A DNA stretch of 64,000 bases, from assembly GCA_017960805.1 (NCBI GenBank), contig JAGCYM010000023.1:43103-107102 (forward strand). Reading direction: 5' to 3'. Position numbers and translations under genes: made by a program. Of the stretch, positions 57,957-64,000 are shown piece by piece. The notes under the pieces were generated by a model. The model saw nothing but the letters and a program-made list of their open reading frames with translations, did no database searches and was not told the DNA's origin. The stretch is from Ruminococcus sp. (GTDB taxonomy: Bacteria; Bacillota; Clostridia; Oscillospirales; Ruminococcaceae). Within the stretch, counting starts at the first letter, position 1, and the number at the start of each line of letters is the position of its first letter.

Positions 57957-57985
57957 TGTGATATATTCTTCCTTAGAATCGTTTA
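57957..57985 (+). promoter_or_regulatory. Candidate ECF-sigma autoregulatory promoter
   Basis: TGTGAT-17 bp-CGTTTA directly upstream of the ECF gene; CGT -10 core is typical of ECF promoters. Confidence 0.4.
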
Positions 57986-58032
57986 TATTATAGAAGCGCT
58001 TCTACATACAGAAAAAGAAAGGAGGTTGAACC

Positions 58033-58515
58033 GTGAATGATTATCAAATGGCACTTATATACGACAAATACAGCAGTGCCATATATCGTGCAGCATTCGC
58101 ATACTGCAGGAACTCAGCTGACGCCGAGGACATAACACAGGAAACATTCATCAAACGATTTCAGTCCGACATCAGTTTTCCCGACGACAAAACTGAAAAG
58201 GCCTGGTTAATTAGAGTAGCAGCAAACAAATGCAGAGATATGTTCCGCTCGGCAAGATATCGTTTTTTTTACAACTCGGTACCACTCGACGAAGCAAAGC
58301 TAGTGTATGAAACTCCAGAAGAAAGTGCGGTATACCACGCAGTCATGGAGCTTCCTCCGAAGTACAGAATAGTTATACATCTCTACTACTATGAGGGGTA
58401 CACCGTGACGGAGACCGCTAAAATAATCGGCAAGAGTGAAACTGCCGTTCAGACTCAGCTCTACAGGGCGCGGAAGCTCCTGAAAAAATCTTTAGGCGAG
58501 GAGATGTGCATATGA
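58033..58515 (+). CDS. ECF RNA polymerase sigma factor
   Basis: DAEDITQETF, KAWLIRVA.N, LPPKYR.V..LYYYEG and L.RAR motifs; GTG start with GGAGG RBS. Confidence 0.93.
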   Translation: MNDYQMALIYDKYSSAIYRAAFAYCRNSADAEDITQETFIKRFQSDISFPDDKTEKAWLIRVAANKCRDMFRSARYRFFYNSVPLDEAKLVYETPEESAVYHAVMELPPKYRIVIHLYYYEGYTVTETAKIIGKSETAVQTQLYRARKLLKKSLGEEMCI

Positions 58516-59699
58516 ATATGAACGATTATAAAAAGGTAACAGACCGCATCTATCCGAGTGACAGGTGTAGGGATGAGGTAATGAACATGAGAAGCGAACA
58601 TAACAGAAAAAGAATAAAACACAGACCTATGGGCAAGGTCATCGCGACGATATCGGTCGCGGTGGTTGCGGCATGTGGAGGTACTGTTGCAGCAGCGTCT
58701 AAGCTCGGTGCGTTTGACAAGCTTTCCGATAAGCGCGACAGGACTATCTCCTACGAAAATGGCTACGTCGGACCTATAGACAAATTCGACCGCAACGAAT
58801 ACGACAAGATAGCTCCGCACGCTGTCAAGTTCGAAGAGGTCAGCCACGCTGAAAACGATAAATTCAGCGTTGACCTCGACAGCGCCTACTACGACGGCAT
58901 GGAGATGATACTCGGCTTCACAGGCGAAATGACAAACGGCAATGTGGAAGGATTCAGCTCACTTGTTTTCACAGCAAATATTGAGATAAACGGCGAGCAG
59001 ATATCTCCCAAATGCTATGACGGTCTTGACAGAGGTCCCGACTGGGGCGGCTCGTTTGTTATCGACGAGGGAGAGAGCAACAGCTTCACGGGCAGTATGA
59101 CGTGCATACTCCCGTATGAAGTACGATTTGATGACACAGCTGAGGTATCTGTAAAAATAAACCGTATCGCCTCAAACGAAATAATTAACCATGATGACCC
59201 CGAGCATCCTTATAATTACGAAATAACGAACGGTCACGATGACGGGCAACTTCAACTCAGCGAAAATGTCACTGCCGATACGAGCCTTGTCCGCCAGATA
59301 AATAAGACCGCCGAAAAGGACGGCTTCTACTTCACGATATACAGCATTTCACCCGCTATGATGCTCTGCCACAGCGGTTATCCCGAAAGCTATGATATCG
59401 CATTGAACGAGGAGATAATGAACGGCACAGAGGACGGTAAAATCCACTCTGTACATCCGCTCATATTCGTATTCGATGACGACGGCAACTATATCGAAGG
59501 TCTGCCGATTAATCCCATTGATATGCCAGACGGTGAATGGGCTAGCGCGTGCGTATCGACTGATTCAAAGACGCTGACGATAAAGGTCGGCGACAAGAAC
59601 TGCCAGTCCAACGAAAACGGTTCTATCGAATTCGATGACCAGTACGGTCACAGAAGCTTCGGCTACATCACCGAATTTACGCTCGACCTCTCTGAATAA
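58512..59699 (+). CDS. Putative anti-sigma factor (DUF4179-like)
   Basis: ATGA overlap with the sigma gene; short cytoplasmic N-terminus, one TM, acidic extracellular domain with AYYDG motif. Confidence 0.75.
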   Translation: MNMNDYKKVTDRIYPSDRCRDEVMNMRSEHNRKRIKHRPMGKVIATISVAVVAACGGTVAAASKLGAFDKLSDKRDRTISYENGYVGPIDKFDRNEYDKIAPHAVKFEEVSHAENDKFSVDLDSAYYDGMEMILGFTGEMTNGNVEGFSSLVFTANIEINGEQISPKCYDGLDRGPDWGGSFVIDEGESNSFTGSMTCILPYEVRFDDTAEVSVKINRIASNEIINHDDPEHPYNYEITNGHDDGQLQLSENVTADTSLVRQINKTAEKDGFYFTIYSISPAMMLCHSGYPESYDIALNEEIMNGTEDGKIHSVHPLIFVFDDDGNYIEGLPINPIDMPDGEWASACVSTDSKTLTIKVGDKNCQSNENGSIEFDDQYGHRSFGYITEFTLDLSE

Positions 59700-59722
59700 T
59701 CAAGAAATTCCTGCTCATACTA
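59693..59722 (+). promoter_or_regulatory. sigma-G-like forespore promoter
   Basis: TGAATA-17 bp-CATACTA. Confidence 0.6.
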
Positions 59723-59764
59723 TCCTCAGGACACAGTCCAATAAATCCGAGAAGGTGAAACAAT

Positions 59765-59884
59765 ATGAGCAAGAAAAAGCACAGTATTGACATCGAAAAT
59801 GACCAGCACAAGCAGTCAAGCACACATTCCTCCGAGTCAGACCACGAAAGCAAGTCTGGTAACACGATGAGCGATTGTGAATAA
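59765..59884 (+). CDS. 39-aa hydrophilic small protein (MSKKKHSIDIENDQHKQSSTHSSESDHESKSGNTMSDCE)
   Basis: GAAGGTGA RBS, own promoter and immediate terminator; below the ORF-track size cutoff. Confidence 0.65.
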   Translation: MSKKKHSIDIENDQHKQSSTHSSESDHESKSGNTMSDCE

Positions 59885-59925
59885 AAAGAAGCGGTCAAGG
59901 AATAAAGACCTTGACCGCTTCTTTT
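59884..59925. terminator. Bidirectional terminator
   Basis: AAAAGAAGCGGTCAAGG/CCTTGACCGCTTCTTTT. Confidence 0.88.
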
Positions 59926-62671
59926 ACTTTTTATCAATTTTATCTGTCAAGCCAGTCCCCTTTTCTGATTTCAGCTTGACCATTTTGTATATGAATATCA
60001 TAAGTGCAATTGAGAATATGACTCCCGCAATTGCTACGATAGCTACAATTGCTGCGATAGCGATCCATACAGCAGACCCGCTCTTCTTGGATTCATCATC
60101 TTCCTTGACTGTCTTAGCCTTTGTAGTCGTAACAGGCTTACCACTCTTATCTGTCTTAGCAGTTGTAACCTTGGCATTAGATTCACCCTTGCCGCCGTCG
60201 TTGACTATTCCCTCTGAACGTCCTGTTTCGCCAACAACGATACCGCCATTCTCCTCAGCAAGGAAACCAGCTACCCATGCAAGAGATGCGTTCCAGTTGA
60301 TAGTGCATTCATTTACACACCAAGCTTCTATATGATCAAGATAGCACTTCTGCGGAGCTATCTGTCCTTTCTTCCATCCGCTTCCCTGTACCCATGGATC
60401 CTGCATTCCGGAATTAGGACCACCAGCCATTACTCCACATGGAGCCTTAGGGAAACTGTCATCAATCAGCCATGACCAGTAACGATGATGTGGATACTCA
60501 GTTGTGTGAGTACCGTATCCGGTAACATATGAATAATCCATAGCGTTACGTCCGAGTATGTAGTCTATACCACCGATAACGCCATCCATATACTTATCAT
60601 CATTAGTGAGAAGATAAGCAAATGCAAGCACTATGGAATTATCAGTAACAAAGGAATTGCTTCCCCATACATATCCCTCATCAGAATCGTTATATGCAAG
60701 CTTACTTACGCCATAAGGCAATCCATATCCCTGTGACTTCTCAACATCTATGAAACTGTCAGCAGCCTCTGTAACAGCATCCTTAATTATCTCAACATCG
60801 CCTTTGTCAAAAGCATCTGGATTGAGTGCCGCACTGAGTGTACCGCATGCTGCTGTATTGCCCCAGTCCATGCTGCCGACTGTATTGACGCTCTCTCCTC
60901 CTCCGAGCGAACTTGGAACAGAGAGGAAGAATTTGTTTTCCTGAATATCATCATAATAGTCTTCATTTCCAGTGCTGATGAAAAGCTCAGTAGCAGCCCA
61001 GCAGAACTCATCTGTTACATCATCATCACCATAAGCTCCACCTCCGACTGATTCATCAAGAGGCGCAAACATGGAAGGATGCTTCTTAGCAGCTTCATAG
61101 CACTTCTCCGCAGCCTCCAGACATTTCTTTGAGAAGCTGTCATCTATTCCCTTCCACAGACGAGCAGACTGAGCTGCACATGCTGCGAAATTTAAAGTTG
61201 CAGCTGTCGTAGGTGGCTTTACAATACGCTTCATTGTGTCATCTGCAGGAGCAATACCGAGAGCAGTCCACTTTTCATCGTGAGCCTTGTGATAAACCAT
61301 ATCCTTGTACTCACCGTTATCAACGATCATGCTGAACATCCAGTCCATTTCCCAGCGTGCTTCATCAAGAAGATCAGGATAACCGTTAGTGTTTTCCGGA
61401 ATGTTCATTGTACCGTCAGCATACTTGTCAGCAAAACCATACTTTACTGCGGTCTCATACTGATTCTGCATCATCCATAATGAGAATCCACCATTAACAA
61501 CATATTTTCCATGATCTCCTGCATCATACCAACCACCGGTAACATCAATGCTTCCGCTTGTAGCTGAATAACCCCAGGTATGCTCGATCTCAGCCATATC
61601 CTTAGGATGTCCTGCCTTACGTGCAAGTGCGTTCGCATCACCTGATGTTATGAGGGAAGCTTCAATATCTATACCGCTTCGGTTCTGATAGAAATAATTA
61701 AGCGAGTCATAAAGCATGCTTGAATATGTTTCACTGCCGCCGACACTAAAGTCACGGCTAACTGCTCCGTTCTCCGCTTCGATATGATATGTTCCTGCCT
61801 TATCAAGATCAGAGAAATCAATTACATGAACTGTATCATCAGAATCATTATCATAACCAAAATATTCACTCTTACCAGAGTAAACTTTCTTTCCGCTTTC
61901 GTTGACAACATCAAACTTTACGCTCTTCTTGTCATCACAGAGAAGAGTAGCTCTCTTGGCATGATCTGTAAAATAACCGACCTGGTTAGTCATTATATCA
62001 GCACGCTGCCATTTCTCAGGCTGAATATAATCGTTTTCATCTCCTGAAAGATCTATGAGCGACATGTTGTCAAAGGTTATTACAGTACCTGCAGGAAAAC
62101 ATCCGCCTGGAGTATACTGACCATCACCGCCGAGATGGAATGCCCACTCCGCAACTTCCATAGACTGTGAAGGGGTAAATGTTACCTCTACCTTCTTGGT
62201 CTCATTAGCGCTTATCTGTATCGGATCCCACGTATTGTTAAAGTCGCCGTCACCTGTGGACATATTGTGCCAAATCTCAACATTTCCATCAAGATTACCG
62301 ATCTTGGTGTAATACTTACCGCTATTTGATGCGGTTATCTCATAACTTACCTTGTACTGATGACCGGATACAATCTTCAGTCCGCGATGACGGAACTGAC
62401 AATCCCATCTGTCTTCACCGCCCTGTGAAGCTCCGCCCGGATTGACGATAGTGATCTTATAAACTCCGTTGTCGATCTCAAAATCCATTTCACCAGGGGC
62501 AGATTCGCAGATATGCCATGGCAGACCTACACCCTCATCGAAGTCAGTCTGACCAAGCTGTTGTCCTGCCATTGCCGTGTATGGTGACAGAAATGCAGGA
62601 GCAGTGCTTCCCACTGCGATAACGCCCGTCATGAATGCGGAAACCGCTTTGCCTATAAGCTGTTTTCTCAT
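59924..62671 (-). CDS. CBM4 - Ig-like - GH9 cellulase with C-terminal transmembrane anchor
   Basis: Signal peptide; CBM4 (GLPW, WDCQFRHR); NQVGY; GGWYDAGDHGKY, PHHR and NECTINWNA motifs; hydrophobic C-terminal helix plus basic tail; no dockerin. Confidence 0.92.
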   Translation of the reverse strand: MRKQLIGKAVSAFMTGVIAVGSTAPAFLSPYTAMAGQQLGQTDFDEGVGLPWHICESAPGEMDFEIDNGVYKITIVNPGGASQGGEDRWDCQFRHRGLKIVSGHQYKVSYEITASNSGKYYTKIGNLDGNVEIWHNMSTGDGDFNNTWDPIQISANETKKVEVTFTPSQSMEVAEWAFHLGGDGQYTPGGCFPAGTVITFDNMSLIDLSGDENDYIQPEKWQRADIMTNQVGYFTDHAKRATLLCDDKKSVKFDVVNESGKKVYSGKSEYFGYDNDSDDTVHVIDFSDLDKAGTYHIEAENGAVSRDFSVGGSETYSSMLYDSLNYFYQNRSGIDIEASLITSGDANALARKAGHPKDMAEIEHTWGYSATSGSIDVTGGWYDAGDHGKYVVNGGFSLWMMQNQYETAVKYGFADKYADGTMNIPENTNGYPDLLDEARWEMDWMFSMIVDNGEYKDMVYHKAHDEKWTALGIAPADDTMKRIVKPPTTAATLNFAACAAQSARLWKGIDDSFSKKCLEAAEKCYEAAKKHPSMFAPLDESVGGGAYGDDDVTDEFCWAATELFISTGNEDYYDDIQENKFFLSVPSSLGGGESVNTVGSMDWGNTAACGTLSAALNPDAFDKGDVEIIKDAVTEAADSFIDVEKSQGYGLPYGVSKLAYNDSDEGYVWGSNSFVTDNSIVLAFAYLLTNDDKYMDGVIGGIDYILGRNAMDYSYVTGYGTHTTEYPHHRYWSWLIDDSFPKAPCGVMAGGPNSGMQDPWVQGSGWKKGQIAPQKCYLDHIEAWCVNECTINWNASLAWVAGFLAEENGGIVVGETGRSEGIVNDGGKGESNAKVTTAKTDKSGKPVTTTKAKTVKEDDESKKSGSAVWIAIAAIVAIVAIAGVIFSIALMIFIYKMVKLKSEKGTGLTDKIDKK

Positions 62672-62845
62672 TGCTGTTATCCTCCAAAAATAAAAATACA
62701 ATATATACTTTAACCCTTTTAGCAGCAAAAGTAAACAGTTGGATATGAAAGTTTACACTTTCTAAACATTAACCGGCGATACCATAAAAAAACAGCCTGT
62801 CCGCCTTTGAATTTTGTGCAATATTAAGCCAAGTAACATTGATTG

Positions 62846-62874
62846 GCATACTTGTACTTACGCTTGAATATAAT
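62846..62874 (+). promoter_or_regulatory. sigma-E-like sporulation promoter
   Basis: GCATACT-14 bp-AATATAAT, with the same spacing as the cwlD promoter. Confidence 0.55.
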
Positions 62875-62906
62875 GATACAAAGCATTTTTTCAAGGAGGT
62901 CAATAT

Positions 62907-64000
62907 ATGGAATTCAAACTTAACAGAGAAGCTGTACCAGCTGAAGAGATCATATACAACGGCATTCAGGAACAAGGTATCGAACTGGATTATATCCTGC
63001 CTGATTATTACCCGGACATTGTAAGACTTATACGATGTAACGTTATTCCAGTTATATCAGACTGGTCGGTGAACGGAGACCGCCTTACCTATGAACTAAG
63101 CTGTGAAATACGCCTTCTCTATTGCGGAGAAAATGGTTCAGAACTAAGATGTGTAGTTCAGAAACAGGACTATTCCAAGACAGTTGAACTTGGAAGAAGC
63201 ATTGATACTCCTGATGTAACAATCACTGCCAAATCAGATCATATAAACTTCCGTGCTGTAAACAAACGACGACTTGATGTAAGAGGCGCAGTATCGGTAC
63301 GGATAAACGTAAAAGGAGAACGCTCACAGGAAGTTATCAGTGATGCATTCGGTATGAATATTCAGCTTAAAAAGACACAGATACAATATGCCGCAAATAA
63401 GATTAACGCTGTAAAAAATGTGCAACTATCCGAAGAGATACCACTTTCTGCTGCACAGCCTCCTGTTATAGATATTATTTTCCGGAACTTCACCATATCA
63501 GAATGTGAGAAAAAAATCGTATCCGGAAAACTTCTTGCTAAAGGAGAGGTTAAGGCTGATATTCTCTACTCTTGCAGCAGCGAAGGAAACTATTCTCTTG
63601 AACCGCTCAGTTTTTCTATTCCTTTCAGTCAGATACTTGATATGGAAGGTCTCGACGAATCTTATGTATCAATAATCAGTGCAGAGATAATAAGCTTTGA
63701 AATAACTCCGATAACCGACAAGGAAGGTGAAAACCGCAAACTTAAATGTGAACCTGAAATACGAATAATGTGCGATGCTGTCAAAACTTCAGATATCATG
63801 GTTGCTGTAGATGCGTATTCCACCATATATCCATGTGATGTAGAGTATTCTGACATTCAGGCTCAACAGCTCCCTGAAGTATACTGCGATAACTTCCGTC
63901 ACTCCGCCAAAATCGCTGAGGGTTATTCTGTTCCGGCAGAAATATATGCATTGTGGTGTACTCCTAAAAATATCAACACACGACTCAGCGAAGATGGCAG
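62907..64000 (+). CDS. SPOCS/DUF3794 spore-coat morphogenetic protein (SipL-like), truncated by the window end
   Basis: AAGGAGG RBS; MEFKLNREAVPAEEIIYNGIQEQGIELDYILPDYYPDI... appears to stay open to the window end; not in the ORF track because it has no stop. Confidence 0.75.
   Translation, partial: MEFKLNREAVPAEEIIYNGIQEQGIELDYILPDYYPDIVRLIRCNVIPVISDWSVNGDRLTYELSCEIRLLYCGENGSELRCVVQKQDYSKTVELGRSIDTPDVTITAKSDHINFRAVNKRRLDVRGAVSVRINVKGERSQEVISDAFGMNIQLKKTQIQYAANKINAVKNVQLSEEIPLSAAQPPVIDIIFRNFTISECEKKIVSGKLLAKGEVKADILYSCSSEGNYSLEPLSFSIPFSQILDMEGLDESYVSIISAEIISFEITPITDKEGENRKLKCEPEIRIMCDAVKTSDIMVAVDAYSTIYPCDVEYSDIQAQQLPEVYCDNFRHSAKIAEGYSVPAEIYALWCTPKNINTRLSEDG

Noticed and set aside
62680-62840. 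GH9 leader as a riboswitch
   Set aside because: No recognisable aptamer consensus or terminator.
62839-63024. 61-aa + strand ORF
   Set aside because: Out of frame with the RBS-supported SPOCS gene starting at 62907.
122-63856. Many short ORFs (60-160 aa) in the track overlapping long genes on the opposite strand or in another frame
   Set aside because: They are shadows of well-supported genes, with no RBS or recognisable motifs.

Overview
Low-GC Firmicutes chromosomal segment, most consistent with a cellulosome-producing Ruminococcus (R. flavefaciens-like; inferred from dockerin types and gene content). It encodes about 45 genes. These include ten dockerin-bearing secreted proteins (GH43/CE1, GH43-GH43, GH30, DUF4434/beta-helix, GH18, two CotH kinases, a transglutaminase-like protein, a cohesin adaptor and an LRR protein), a lipoprotein GH16 and a membrane-tailed GH9. 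Housekeeping genes include iscS-iscU, a Phe T-box with pheS-[inserted gene]-pheT, and tex. There is also a MoxR-DUF58-transglutaminase triad, an ECF sigma/anti-sigma pair and sporulation genes with sigE/sigG-like promoters. The most notable region is a ~17 kb block (21.3-38.2 kb) combining three differently anchored CotH protein kinases, a dockerin-borne LapG-like Cys enzyme, a cohesin-dockerin adaptor, a sortase and c-di-GMP signalling genes. It is a candidate system for extracellular post-translational control of the cellulosome or cell surface. No rRNA, tRNA, CRISPR array or transposase was seen. All family calls come from motif recognition by eye; no database search was run.
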